This document shows positions 38,559-51,726 of a DNA stretch of 64,000 bases, piece after piece. Positions within the stretch are counted from its first letter, which is position 1; every line of letters starts with the position of its first letter. Under the pieces are notes generated by a model. It saw only the letters and a program-made list of their open reading frames with translations, was not told where the DNA came from and ran no database searches. The DNA is from Callorhinchus milii (taxonomy: Eukaryota). The stretch lies in contig NW_024704759.1 in the NCBI RefSeq assembly GCF_018977255.1, positions 8,618,001 to 8,682,000 of the forward strand, in the 5' to 3' direction. The position numbers and the translations under genes are program-made.

Positions 38559-38926
38559 TGGAGTCCTGTAGCATAATGGTTAGTCTTGCCTCACAAGTAG
38601 GAGGATCTGGGTTTGATTGCTGGGCTGGGCAACATCTTCGGCAAGTTTCCTTACTCCACACACCTCTGTTTACCGAGCAGTAAGTAGGAACCTGATTGTT
38701 AGTTAATTGGCGGATCACTTTCCAGGGGCAATAATCCCTCCCTGGCTAAAAAGTTGGGACACTCAATCCACGACTGTTTGTGGGACACTGCCGTGCACAA
38801 TTAGCTGCCACGTTTCTCCCACAAAAGACACATTCAATTCATTTTATAATATATTCTGTGGAGCGTTTTGAGACATCTCAACAATGTGATAAGGCGCTGT
38901 ATCAAATGCAAGGATTATTACTATTA
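38559..38926 (+). mobile_element. tRNA-Val(CAC)-derived SINE, full length, CORE/Nin-like body, L2-like tail
   Basis: ggagtcctgtagcataatggttag...gcctCACaag...gggtttgattgc head; ggcaagtttccttactccacacacctctgtttaccgagcagtaagtagg body; same 3' tail as the Deu-SINEs. Confidence 0.85.
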
Positions 38927-38954
38927 AAAAATCTGTTCGCATGGAATAGTCGGT

Positions 38955-39240
38955 TCTGAATTTAGGACAGACACCACAAAATATTTCTAGACACAGAACA
39001 TAGACTAATAAACAGCTGGAGCAGATTAGTAGGCAGATGATTGAGGCCAGGACACTAGACTTATTTAGGAAGCTGTTTGATTAGGGTCTTGGGACGTCCT
39101 CCAGACGTGAAGGACGCTATACAAATGTGATTTTGTTGTTGATGCTGTGATGGGAGCATGGTAGGGTAGGTGTTCTGGAAGGGTGAGATAAAATGGGCCG
39201 AAGGGCATGCTTCATCCAACCCATTTTGTAATCTTGAATC
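38955..39240 (+). mobile_element. CR1 3' end carrying an L2-tail insertion (39082-39143, TTGAT duplication)
   Basis: CR1 reads through tttgat|gctgtgatggg once the insert gtcttgggacgtcc...gttgttgat is removed. Confidence 0.85.
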
Positions 39241-39824
39241 TTATTGTGTCACAAATGTGTTCACTCACACCCACAGCACAGGGAATGGTATGGGAAAATA
39301 GTCAAGGTGGATCAGGAAGAACACAGGAAAAGTTTTTTTCCTATCCCGACGGGCCTTACCTCTAAATGCTAAGAAATGACAGTGTTAGTGTTCGAAATTC
39401 TCAATGAAAGTACTTGTTCTTGGACAGAAATTTGCACAAGTGGAATTTTATGTCATTGTTTTGATCGACTCTCTCCCAATTCCTGCTCACTGTTGCTTCC
39501 TGTCTAATGATGCCGGGTTCGGTTCTTCCTGTCAGATAGTTGACCCTCCATCTCCAGTACATGAAATCACCAGTCACTGAAGCAACTAATGATTGTCAAA
39601 AGACACAGGCGGCATTTGGAAAATGGAACCTTCCTCCTGTCTGTTCATTTTTATCTTTGTGCTTTTTCTTTCGTTGTCTTCTTGTCACTGATTATTATCA
39701 AACCACCACTTTTCTGTTATTATTTTGTATAAATCTATATCTAGTGGGCGTGTGTTTTCCAATTACCTGAGGGTTTGGTTTCCGATTTTGTCATGGTTTA
39801 GCAGAATATTAGATCATTTAACAA

Positions 39825-40030
39825 AAGATCCTTGTATTTGGGATAATGGCTTTCACGTCAGGAGGACGTCTCAAGCAGGGTTTTACTGTAAAGAGTAGTG
39901 ACTGTGTTTGTGTAGGCAAAAGCAACAGCCCATTTGTACACAACAATGCTCCACAAACAGCCATTAAGTGAGTGACCAATTTTATTTGGGGGAATTGTTG
40001 GCCAGGATACCGGGAGGAACTCATTTCTCT
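39825..40030 (-). mobile_element. SINE 3' half
   Basis: atccttgtatttg...tttcacgtcaggaggacgtctcaa...ttgttggccaggatacc. Confidence 0.85.
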
Positions 40031-40759
40031 GATGTTCTGGCTACACTTCAAACACTTTGTTGTGTTTTTCAATCCTATTAAAAGTATCGTAAGATATTTG
40101 ATTCTGATCTATCTGTTTAATTAAAAACAAATCAAACTGCAAAAGTTATCAATGATGTTACAATACAAAGCAATGTGCTTCCTGTTTTATTATGATTGGC
40201 TTTGCATTGTAAAGTGATATCAGTGATATAACTTCAGCATATTTTATTTGCTTCAGTTTTGTTGCCTTAACTTAAATTAATTATTTTGAAATTAGCCCTT
40301 CATCTCTGGTACTCCTTGCCTCAATCCCTGCAACACACCCCCTCTTTTCCTATCTTTAAATCCTGAAGGATATCTACTACTTTGACCATGTGTATAGTCA
40401 CCTATCCTATGTGAAGGGTGCTAATTTAATGCAAGTTGTTGTTGTTAAATTAACTTTAACTTTTTGTTTCCAGCTATGCCTAAATCTGTTGCAGTATTTT
40501 GCTTCTAGCTTTGCTATGTTCAAATGGATATTAATGCTAAGCGTACACATAGTAAATCTTCATATATTAATGTTAATGTTTTTTTTCTACATAAATTTAA
40601 TGTTGGCATTTTTCCATTCAGATGTTTCAAAAATCTGAAAAAGAATCTGCTGCAGCAATCAGGTGGTGTTTAATGCTGGAGAAGAAGGTTATGTTTCACA
40701 GAGATATAACATGTTAATACTGTACTGTATTGATTTTCATTTAAAAATCCATAAAAGAT

Positions 40760-41206
40760 ATGAGCTTGGCTCAGTTGGTATCACTCCCACCTCTGACTCA
40801 GAAGGTTGTAGGCTCATGACCGACATCAGTACTTTGACCTCACGATCAAGGCTGAAACCTCCAGTGGAGTGCTGGGGGGAGCCTGCATTGTTGACGGTTG
40901 CACACCTTTGGTTGAGATATGAAACCAAGGTCCTATCTGCTGGTTCAAGTACGCGTTAAGATCCCATGGCATTAATTGAGAAGAGAAGGGCATTTCTCCC
41001 GGTGTCCTGGCCAACAATCCCCCAGATAAAATTCATCATTCAGTTCATGGCTGTTTGTGAGCCAGAGCTATGCACAAATTACCTGCCACGTGTGCCTACA
41101 AAATTATCAGTCACTACATTTTACTGCAAAACTCTTTTTTCAGCTTTGAGACACCAAACCTCATAAAAAGGACTATATTATATGCATGGACTGTTATCAT
41201 TATTAT
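40760..41206 (+). mobile_element. tRNA-headed Deu-domain SINE, full length
   Basis: ttggctcagttggtatcactcccacctctgactcagaaggttg; aagatcccatggca; ccggtgtcctggccaacaatcccccagataaa. Confidence 0.9.
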
Positions 41207-43289
41207 ATAGCACGGTGCATTAGACTTATGTCTAAAGGGAAATCATTTTGGAAATTGACACATTACATGGAAAAGCACCTCCACGCTATGTTTTACTTGA
41301 AGTACAGTAGCTTCTTCAACCATATGATTAGCAGTCTAATAATATACTGGATCAAATGATGCAAGTTGATCTACTCAACTACCTGGAAACGAGCATCTTG
41401 ACCTTAAATGTAGACACATGCTGGCGATCAGTTGGAATGGAGGTGTGTGAACGTTACTTCCAGAAGTAAAACTTCAAAGATGTTTAAGGGAAGGTTTTCA
41501 AATTAGGATATTTTAAAGTAAAATTAAACCACTGAGAGTTTAAAAAATGTTGAATGATGGCCAATGTGAGCAAATTCATGGCATCATATCCAACTGGACA
41601 AACAATAGAGATTTTATTTAGGTCAGACTGGGGTCCCATGTGTGGAATGGAATCAACTTTGTCCCTGGAGGGATGTAAACCTGTTTACTTAATTGTGATG
41701 AGTATTAGATGCAGGTTGTTCTGGACAACAATAATAAAAATACCATTAACCTTTGAGAGTGGCATAACTCTCTGGAATTGGAATCAGATCATATTAAGAT
41801 GGTGATCTAACCAGGAACAGCTATGAAAGAGGTTGTGCGGTAGACAGGAGATAATAAGCCTTGTGCAATGACAAGGAGTCTGTATTATAGACGTTAATAA
41901 CATGGTAATAATAATACTTCTGAAACCACAGAAATCATACAGCGCTCTATTATTCTTCACAAAGGTTTGTCAGCACTTATCTCCTGAGCCTAAATTTCAT
42001 TTGACTTCTTTTCCAGTAAAAACAAAAGAATCCACCTTGACATAGTACTCAGGTTATCTTTAAATTGGCCCAAGTGAGGTTAAAGAATTGTTGTTTGGAA
42101 TTTGACATTGAATTGCTCCCAATTATAAACTTAGGTCATAATTGCTCTGGTAGAATGCATTACTACCTGTTCATTAGTGACAATCTAAAATTGTGGTAAC
42201 TATGTGATGTGCAGATTAAATGTCTGAAACCTGTTCCTAAAGGTATTAGACTCATCCAACTACTTCTTCACAGAACTCAATCTAAGACATGCGAGCAATT
42301 TGTGCTGTAATGGAGAATATTTTAGAATCAGTGGCATTTTGGTGAGATGCTGAGTCAGGTGCTTTGGTTAAATTATAATCCAAATCTCACCATTTAGCAG
42401 GGTATTTTGAGATCTAATTTGCGATGTTTTCTTTGCCGGGTATCATAGTAAGAAGTTCGATTAGCATTTCCATTGACCTTTGGGAGATACATTCAAGAAA
42501 TAGACTGTATTGGAGCAAGTCAATGTGTCACACATTTGTCATGGGTCCTCATTGACCTGATTGGATTGATTCCTTGCTAAGGAATGCCTTTAAAAATCCC
42601 ATAACTTGAACCCAAATTGACTCTTACAACAATGGGATAGATCTGTCGCTCATTGCTATTTGAGGTTCATTGGATTCTGTAACTGTAATATTTCAGTGGC
42701 TACCACTTGGAATTAAAATTACATACACATTTAATTTCAGCTCAAAATGTAGAAATAAGAAATAATATTCTTGACAGCAGACATCTGAAATGAGACATAT
42801 TTTAAGTAAATCTTTCTTGGAAGGCTTAATGTGTCTTTAATATTTGTTCTTCCACCCCAATTTAATGCTTTGCTCAGACCAAAATTAGTTACAGTTGGCA
42901 CCATATAAATATGTCCAAGAGTTTTTGCAATGCACATTAATTCTCAGTTTGGTTTGGATACTCTTAAGCACGGTGGTGAGTTTCCGCATGTGTCAGAGAC
43001 TCAGCTCACCAAAAGAAAATATTAATGGTTATGCACAGTGAACAAACACTATGAGATGTTGAGGAAAAGCTACATTAAAACATTTCACAGGGTAAGTTTG
43101 TGGGCTGAAGACTATTAGAATGATATTGGTATGCACTGACTTGTAACATACAAGAACAAATGCAATATCCATATTCTGTGCTGACCTCATAATTTTCAGG
43201 ATAGTTTAATACTGATTGCTTTGAAGCATTTTCTTATTGTGAACAAACACGCTTCCCAAGAGAGTGCACTTTTTTTTAATCAGTACCAA

Positions 43290-43790
43290 AACCTGTATCT
43301 GGCTAACAATCCTCCAGATTAATTGGTTATTCACGTCATGGCTGTTTGTAAGTCAGTGACTTGTACAAAAATAGCTTGTCTAGAAAAAACAGTCACTGTA
43401 CTTGACAATAATTATCTGCAAAGTGCTATTGAGCCATTTATGTAATAATAATAATAATTCTTACAATTAAAGCAGCATCGTTCACTTCAGGAGGAAATTT
43501 CAAAGTGCTTCACATGATTTACAGCAAATTGCAGTGACTGTCTATAACGTAAGCAGATTCAGTAACCAATTTCCTCAGAGCAATTTCCAACAGATAGCTC
43601 TGAAGTGAATGACCACTTTTATCCGGGGAATTGTTGGCCAGAGCATCGGGTGAAAGTCCCTTCTGTTATCATGGAATCTTTCACATCCACCTGAGCAAGC
43701 ACCTCGGTTTAATGTCTCATTCGACAATGTAGTGCATCCCCAGCACTGGACAGCCTAGACTGTAAGTTCAAAGTCTTAGTATGAGGCTAA
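43290..43790. mobile_element. SINE tail (+) and Deu-SINE (-) joined tail-to-tail at a (TAA)n run
   Basis: Junction near 43443 taataataataataattcttac; the core on the minus strand runs to cagcctagactgt. Confidence 0.78.
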
Positions 43791-44169
43791 GGAAATCAGC
43801 GTGATAAATTGCTATAAACATTGTAATTTCTTGGTGTCTTGTATCACTGTCTCCTAATACTACAATTCATTCTCCAGGAGAAATCCTTACCTTGCTCAGT
43901 CATGCAATCTCTCTACAATCCACAAGCTTTTAAAAAGCAAGCTTCACATTGTCTAAGTGCAGTCCTGCTTCTTGATCTATTCTCTTTCACGCTACTCTTT
44001 TCAACATTGGTTGGAGGCCCTCCATTGCCTTGGTTTTTCACTTAGGTTTTTCAGTATATAAAAAAAGAAATATTGCGTTCAAATCATACGCGAAAGTAAT
44101 TGTTCAAAATATTCCATCAAATTCATAATATTTCCCATTTTGGGGAAGAAAACGGAGCAAACTGTAGAA

Positions 44170-44660
44170 AATGTAAATTTATGGCGTGGTGGTTTTAACG
44201 TTATTACACCACTAAATTTACTGCCATGATGAGGTATGTGCAGCTCAATCAGGGTGTGAATAGAGATTACGCTTTTAGCTGAAATTTGCCTAACTTGTCG
44301 GCAGAGGATCGATCTTCAAAACGTGTCAGGGTCGTCTCACACTCTTGCTACCGTTTAAATATTGGGACAATTCCGTCATCGGAGAGATTGATCATTCGCA
44401 TGAAAGAAAATCAGCCATCAAATTAATGTGTGAGATGATTATCTCAGCAGTGCGGGACATTTATTCTCTGTGGGTCCGATCACACCACATTTAAACTGCT
44501 GCTTGCAATTGAAGATAACATGGATCATCTTCTAAATTGCCAGCTGACGGGAGGTCTCGATGGACTTCATTACTGTGACTTCTGGATTCCTATCGTTGTG
44601 GCATCTGTAACCTTGTGGAGCTCTCACGGAATGCCTATTGGTAATTAAGAAACAGAATAT
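44170..44660. promoter_or_regulatory. Candidate conserved non-coding element / enhancer
   Basis: Unique sequence; 15 CpGs counted in 44221-44640 against CpG-poor flanks; TTTATGG and TAAT homeodomain motifs; no long ORF. Confidence 0.45.
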
Positions 44661-45039
44661 GGATCCACCTGTTTCTTTAGATCATTGATGTTACATATTT
44701 AAGAGACATAATTTACTGCTATGATTAAAAAAACATCATTTTTTCCTCCGAGGGATATTAATGCTTTATACATATTTTTATTTATTGTTCCCTGTATTTA
44801 AAAAGTCATCTTTTTTTCTCTGAATGATTCTGAAAAAGGGAGAGTCTCGTGGAAATTATGGAGAAAAGCAAATTTAAGTTTATTTTTCAAAATATGACTT
44901 TTTCAGTTACTCAGTTAGTTATTTCTACTTGCACCCCTTGATTTGATAGTGATTGACATTCTCCTGAATGCAACATTAAACTAGAATACTTGAGCTGTAA
45001 CATTTGCACATTTTTTAGGAGGGAAACACAAAATAGTTT

Positions 45040-45250
45040 ACAAGATACAATAAAAGTTCAGACAAAGAAGTGCCTTTGGCCCATTTGATATCACCTGTCT
45101 TTCCCACTGCAGCATGAAGGTAAATACAATACAAAATTACATTTGTATAGTACCTTTCATGTACATCCCAAGGTGCTAAATGAGTCCAGTATCCTGGCCT
45201 CTACCATGTAACGTGTTTCAGCACTTAATCACACCCTGTGTAAAGGATTG
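45040..45250 (-). mobile_element. CR1 3' end carrying an L2-tail insertion (45121-45176, TAAAT duplication)
   Basis: taaat at 45121 and 45177 flanks acaatacaaaattacatttgtatagtacctttc; CR1 resumes at gagtccagtatcctggcctctacc. Confidence 0.75.
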
Positions 45251-47092
45251 CTTAATGCCTTCTTTACTGTCAATGTATACCTGTGACTTGCTGTCTTACC
45301 CGTCTTAGTTCAAATGGGCAAGTCAGTCACTGTCAGTGTTTTCTTGTTTTTGATGGAATGAGCCACGCAGACAAGTTGCAATCTGACAAAGTTCACTTAA
45401 GACAAACAAATGCAAGTGACATGTATCCCAGTCACTTACGAAACACATATCCTGATCTTGAAGTGCATATTGTTTATCCACGATCAAACTCAATGATTGA
45501 TTAAAACAAAGGGTTACACCCACATAAACTGTGCGTCCTCTAACGTCACAGTTAACTTCTTAAAGCAAAAGCTTTCATTAATATTTTTTAATATCAAGCT
45601 GTTATTCAGCAAGTTGACTGGATTGATAAAGTGAACAAATCGGAAATTATATCGCAGACCAGGGGAGTTTAAAGCTCATAGTCCAGCAACAGAAGGTTTT
45701 AAAATGATTTGTTCAATTGAATTCCTCAAAGGCGTCACCTGGATTATAATGTTTCTGCTAAGGCTCCTTGGAAGTGTGAAGTCATTAAGTCATTAGTTTC
45801 TAAGATAGATCTCGGAATTACCTATCCAACTATAAAAAATTGTTGGGCAATACACAATCATACATTTGAAAGCATCAACATCTCTACCAATCCCCAGCAG
45901 GAGATCTCAGCTTTAATCCTTTCGGAATGAGACATCATGCAGTGAATCGGATATGATTGAAATATGAATGCTTCCAACACTGCTCGATGCAAGGGAATGA
46001 GGGATAAACATTTTGCCCCTTTACAGACATGTAACTGCTAACTTCTCGTTTCAATATCTATTTGCAGCCCTCTTCAAACTGACTTGCATTTCCAATATCG
46101 AATGCATTAGTACTACTGCAGAATACACACAGGTAACAAAGAAAATTGGACCTAAGTGTTAGGAAAAATTGAGTCTGGAATGTTAAGTAGAATCAAATCT
46201 ACATGGAAGATTTTGAAATGCCTGATTCAGAGAGTCAGATCTACTCCTGGGAAGAAATTGGATCTAAATTTTTTGAAGAATTGGACCCAGATGCTGGGAT
46301 GAATTGGATATTCCTCCTGTTCATGAGGTGGTCCTAGACAATAGGAAGAATTGCAGCTCTGAAGGCTAATTGAATCCTTTAGAATTCTTTCTCATGATTT
46401 TTCTTAGAGGACATCATTTTTAAATGGAATTCAGAGTAATGTGTTGGTATTTTGCTGCGTGTATTGGAATAAAGAATATAAATTAAATCAGAGCCAGGGT
46501 TATTAGAGAATGAATGAGCAAACTGGCACCTAACTGAGCCCATAAAATAGATTTTAAACACATGACTATCCTTAATATCACCAAGCGCCTCATTCCAAGG
46601 AAAGCTTTATTTCCAATCTACGATTCTGCAGCACATCAAATCATAAATATTAATGCAATGCTGTACTTTCTAATATAATCACACATCATTGTTAGATATA
46701 TGTGTGTGCGCTTGTGTGAGTGCACGTGAGTGATTCCCATATCACACTGCATAACATGTTATGTTATGCAGAATAGATATATTAGAAAGTTCAAAAAAAT
46801 ATAAATTAATTGGGCAATTATTCTCTGTGGTGAAATGACATTCAGCGGCACTGTTCAGAACCGTTATCTGTTACTTATAAAGAAATTGTGGATGTAACCT
46901 AGTCTGGTGCCCAGTCATTCTCTATGCATTTACTAGTTTCATTAACATCAATCTGCTTCTGTTTCTTTCTTCCCTTGGATTTCAAACTTGTTTGTTCAGC
47001 TTGCAGCTTCCTTTCATATCCTGCTGGTTGTTGCTCTGATTCTCCCAAACAAACCAATGTCACAACCTAGTAAAACCATGATGCTGTAAAAT

Positions 47093-47538
47093 GCAGTCAT
47101 TGGCTCAGTTGGTAGCACTTTAGGCTTTCAGTCAGAAGGTCGTTCAATGTCTTACATCAGGATTTTGAACTCACAGACAAAGCTGACACTCCAATGCAGC
47201 GCTGGGAGTATGCTGCAATATTGGAAGTGCCGTCCATCAGATGAGACCTTAAACTGCGATCCTTTCTGCCCGTTAAGTCGGATGTAAAAGATCTTGTGGC
47301 ACTTTTTGAAAAGAGATAGGAGTTTCTCCTGATATCCTGACCAACAATTCTCCAATATTGTCATTCACCTCACAGCTGTTTGTGGGACATTGTCGTGTGC
47401 AAACTAATTGCTGCATCCATGAACAACATACACAGTTGTACTCTATTATACTCTACAGTATATACTCTACAGTATATTGTTGAGATGACTTGATGTGATG
47501 TGATACTGAAGAATATCAGATGCAAGGATTATTATTAC
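47093..47538 (+). mobile_element. tRNA-headed Deu-domain SINE
   Basis: ttggctcagttggtagcac head; aagtgccgtccatcagatgagaccttaaactg core; (att)n tail. Confidence 0.88.
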
Positions 47539-47813
47539 TGTGTTTTATCTACTTTTGTTTAACATTCACTCATTTCCAGTATATTTAGGGCACCTGTGCA
47601 GAGAATTTCTTTCTATCGTGTGCAAACTAATTGCTGCATCCATGAACAACATACACAGTCTCTACAGTATATTGTTGAGATGACTTGATGTGATGTGATA
47701 CTGAAGAATATCAGATGCAAGGATTATTATTACTGTGGTTTATCTACTTTTGTTTAACATTCACTCATTTCCAGTATATTTAGGGCACCTGTGCAGAGAA
47801 TTTCTTTCTATCG
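47393..47813 (+). repeat. Recent tandem duplication (223 bp + 195 bp)
   Basis: 47393-47615 vs 47616-47810 differ by one substitution and a 28-bp indel; TCG microhomology at the junctions. Confidence 0.97.
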
Positions 47814-48194
47814 GGAACCAAACCTGATTACAGTTCATCTATCTCTTGGAAGAGTTATATCTTGTTTCACTAGCAGTTGACACAAACACAAATCATTCAT
47901 ATCAGTCACTGTCATTTACCCAGAATATCTGCTTCAAACTTAATCCCAAAAAGCTTTCTAATTTGCACGACTGAACAATTCTTGGAATAATGAAATAATC
48001 CACAGTGCAATAAATGGTGTTTTTCACTCCATTGCTCCACAACGGATTCCTATGGAACAGTTTCAGGGTAATACTCCATGATAGGTTTGTGTACTTCATC
48101 AACTGACCTTATAATGGGAAATCCCATTAGCCATGCATGTGCATTGGTCATTCCTTTATATTGCAAATAAGCAACATGTTATTCAGGCTAATAT

Positions 48195-48430
48195 TGTTGC
48201 AATCCATTGCCAGAGGTGCTGTGCTTCAGATGAAATGTTAAACTGAAGTCCTGCCTGCCCTGCCTGTTCAGATGGACATTAAAGATCCTATTGCGATATG
48301 GCAAAGAGAAAATAGCATTTCCTGGTGTCCTGTCCAACAAGCCCCCACATACAATTGGCATTTTGATGCACTTCATACCTGTTTTGGGGGCATTGCTATT
48401 CGAAAGTTAGCTGCTGCATTTCCCTGCAAA
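48195..48430 (+). mobile_element. Deu-SINE core fragment
   Basis: gaggtgctgtgcttcagatgaaatgttaaactgaag...cctgttcagatggacattaaagatcc. Confidence 0.82.
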
Positions 48431-49042
48431 ATGCACATACCTTGTGTGTTTGTTTCAATACTTGTCAGATTTAAATAAATATCCTTCACATGGAATCATT
48501 CAAGGTTCCACAGCAGCTTGTGCTGGCTGCTTAAGCAACAGATTCACAACCAGTGTAAGTGCTGCTGGAAGGATTGATTGTGTAGCTCCACCGTGTTGCT
48601 AATGCACTGTGACACTCTACTAATGAGCAAACCTAATGAAGGAAACAAAATGCTGCTGCTTCTCAACAAATGCTGCAAACCCCAGCAACCGTGGCATATG
48701 GGAAATAAAACCCAGAGACATTAAAAGGTAGGTGTATTCACAGGCAAGGCATCAGTGGTGCTTGGGATGAATTGGAATCCTGACAAGCGCATCAGTAAAC
48801 ATGACTTTGTAATTGCTGTCTTTCTTCTGCTTCACATGTGTTCATCGCAATTTGAGAAGATCAAGGTTCTATTGCATTACATCAGTTACCAAATGAACTG
48901 CCCAAAAAAAAATATTTTTAGAGAAAAAGTTATCTTTATATGTGGAACTATAAGAGTTTGTCGGGTTGCAGTTTGTCTTGTCTACCTCTTGTCAAAATAG
49001 CACGCTACCAGCAGCTGATTTTGCAGACCTGACTTGGTCCTG

Positions 49043-49475
49043 ACAAGATCACAAGGTTGAACCGGCTGAAGAAGGTCCTTCTGCCCATCCGATCTCATCC
49101 CTCCAGAACGCCCATTCTACTGTCCATCCATCAGTGCATCAAGTCGCTTTTTAAATGTGTCCAGTATCCTGTCCTCAACCACCTTTCCTGGTAACCTGTT
49201 CCAGGGGTTGATTAACCCTGTCATCTCCAGAAGCAGAATGAATATCCACCATGGGAAGCTGTGTAAATGCTTCTTGAGGCTCCCCTGAATGTCAGCAGAA
49301 CGTCTGTGGCATAAACGGGTGAAGAGATATTGATCGCTGAATGGAACAGAATCTTCTGGGAAGCAACTCAGCATTGGTACTGTGAGGGGAGGACGATAGG
49401 GTGGGTATTCTGCAAGGATGAAATCAAATGGTGCCAAAAGGTCCTCCTTCATCCAAACTAATCTTGTAATCTGAG
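49043..49475. mobile_element. Two CR1 3' ends in divergent orientation (- 49043-49220; + ~49380-49475)
   Basis: Minus strand INPWNRLPGKVVEDRILDTFKKRLDALMDG; plus strand gggtgggtattctgcaaggatga...cttcatcc...cttgtaatct. Confidence 0.8.
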
Positions 49476-50808
49476 CATTACAGAGGGTGGGTCAAATTAT
49501 TTCATGTAAATTCCCTGCCAAGGAATCAGCCCGAGGTGGTGACATGTGAAATGCTTCACAAATACAAAAACGTTTATCATTTTGTTTGATGGTACTTGTG
49601 GAGGAGGAGGGGGAGAAAGTTTCAGAACTTTTCTTTGAGAGGTTCACAATAGAGTCAAGAAAACTTCAGACAGAGCAGAGGAAGGAGCCAGTTTGCCAGC
49701 TGAATTGCCAAGTCTTGTTCCAAGTTTTCTTACACTCTTCTGAAATGAGATTAGTAACCCATGAGCCAGAACTTTCGTAACTTGACCACTGAGAATAACA
49801 AAGGATCAGGTGCTTCTCCTCATGTTGCTGCCTGGCTCTTCTGACTTCCCATCTTCCAGCTGATTGAGTTTATGATCCAAGTCCAATCATTTAAATCCCT
49901 CCATAGTGTTGCCCCGCCCTACTTCTGTGACCTCCCCAAACCCACTTTGACCATTATCATGACTAGTACTGCAATACATGTGAGAGAGAGCAACTTGGAT
50001 TTGTGAAGCGGATTAAGCCAAATCTTAAATTCAGGTCCAGATGGAAACTCTGAGATCACTGCGTATTTTGACTTATAATGAATTTGTCTTCACTTAGATG
50101 AAAGCCCTGTGTTTTGACGGTTTTAAGAAAACAGGGAGATCAATATCAGTGAAATTGTCCTGGGGAAATAGGGGTACATTATTCATGGTAGACAATTACT
50201 ATCATGCTTCATGTTCTTTGCTGAATCCCTAAAGTGAATGTTCTGAGCGAATTTGAGCTAAAAAGGAGGGATGATGTCTTAACCCTATTTTTAACATACT
50301 TTGGCACCGCCGTTCCCTACTATGCATTTGAATGATTTCTTAGGCTTTCAAAGAATTAATTTATAATTTGTAATAGATTATATATAAAAATAAATCTTTC
50401 CTCAGTACTCCAGGACTGTTTTTTTTTCAGAATTCCAGCTCGTAAGATCACAATATTGAACAATTTGGTTTCTTGGCTGATTTAGTGATGGATTGTCAAG
50501 TAGCATTGAAAAATATATCCCTGAAATTGTATGGTACAATAATAAACCTTTCATTTGTTACAGTACCTTTCATCTTTCATGTTTGGAGGCTTTTCTAACA
50601 GACCTCTAAGGCCCGAAGTTCCAGGTATCCTTAGCTTGCAAGACAATTCTTGTCATGAGACTTTAAGAACATGCAGAGTTGTGGAACATTTTAAACTCTG
50701 GCGTTAGTTTGGAAAACGGCTGTTTAAGAGGTGCAGAAAACCGGGCTTCAAATTGAGAATGAATTTCAGAGTTCTCCACATTTCTATATCGACCCTGAGA
50801 CCTTATTA

Positions 50809-51190
50809 TTAATAATAATAATCCTTGCATTTGATCTAACGCCTTATCAAGTCTTTGAGACATCTCAAAGCGCTTCACAGAGTATTTTGTAAAGTGAATT
50901 GACCGTATATATTGTGGGCGCAACGCCACAGCCAATTGCACGCAGCAGCGTCCCACAAACAATCATGGATTGACTATTAAAACTTTATTTAAAAAAATTG
51001 AAGGGAATATTACCCCCGAATAGCAATCTGCCAATCAACCAACAACTGTTTTCCTACTTACTGCTAGGTAAACAGAGGCGTGTGGAGTAAAGAAACAGTG
51101 TGGAGTAAAGAAACACCCTGTCCGGGAATCAAACTCATGTCCTCTCGCTTGTGAGGCAAGTGTTCTAGCCAATACGCCACTGGACTCCAC
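50809..51190 (-). mobile_element. tRNA-Val-headed SINE, full length, with an internal 18-bp tandem duplication
   Basis: Reverse complement of the 38559 element; gtgtggagtaaagaaaca occurs twice (51080-51115). Confidence 0.9.
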
Positions 51191-51726
51191 ATGATCTTAC
51201 AAACTAAGATTAGATGCAATTTTGCAGCTGATGTTACAGGAGTTGCTACTGATCATAAAATGTATCAATAAAGAGAGAATTGAAAGGTTAAAGTGTGTGG
51301 TATGATAATTATGTCTCGTGATAAGACTACATAAAGCTAAAAACCTTGGTGCAAATTATTCCACCAATTAAGAAGCCGAATATCATGACAAGTTCCCAAG
51401 TATCGTGGATTTCGCTCCCAATGGAGACATTTGAAATTTTAAAGACTATAATGATGAAATTGATTGGAGTAGATTGACAAAGTGCAACTCATATTTACAT
51501 ATCACAGGGCAGAAACTAGGTGCCAGTGGGCATTGAATTTCCATCGGAACAACTTTAACCTGTTTTCCTTCAGGTAGCATTATCGCCCGTGATATTTATC
51601 AAATCACGTACCGCATTAAAGGATGTTCATCAAGATATTATCAGGAATTTGCGAGCAATGTGTACCTGTGGACTCCGTAGTCTGTAAATCACTGCACCTC
51701 AGTCTATTGCCCATCTCATGAAAACA

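Noticed and set aside
38559-38630. tRNA-Val gene and other tRNA-like heads
   Set aside because: The cloverleaf is degenerate and runs straight into SINE body and tail, so these are SINE heads.
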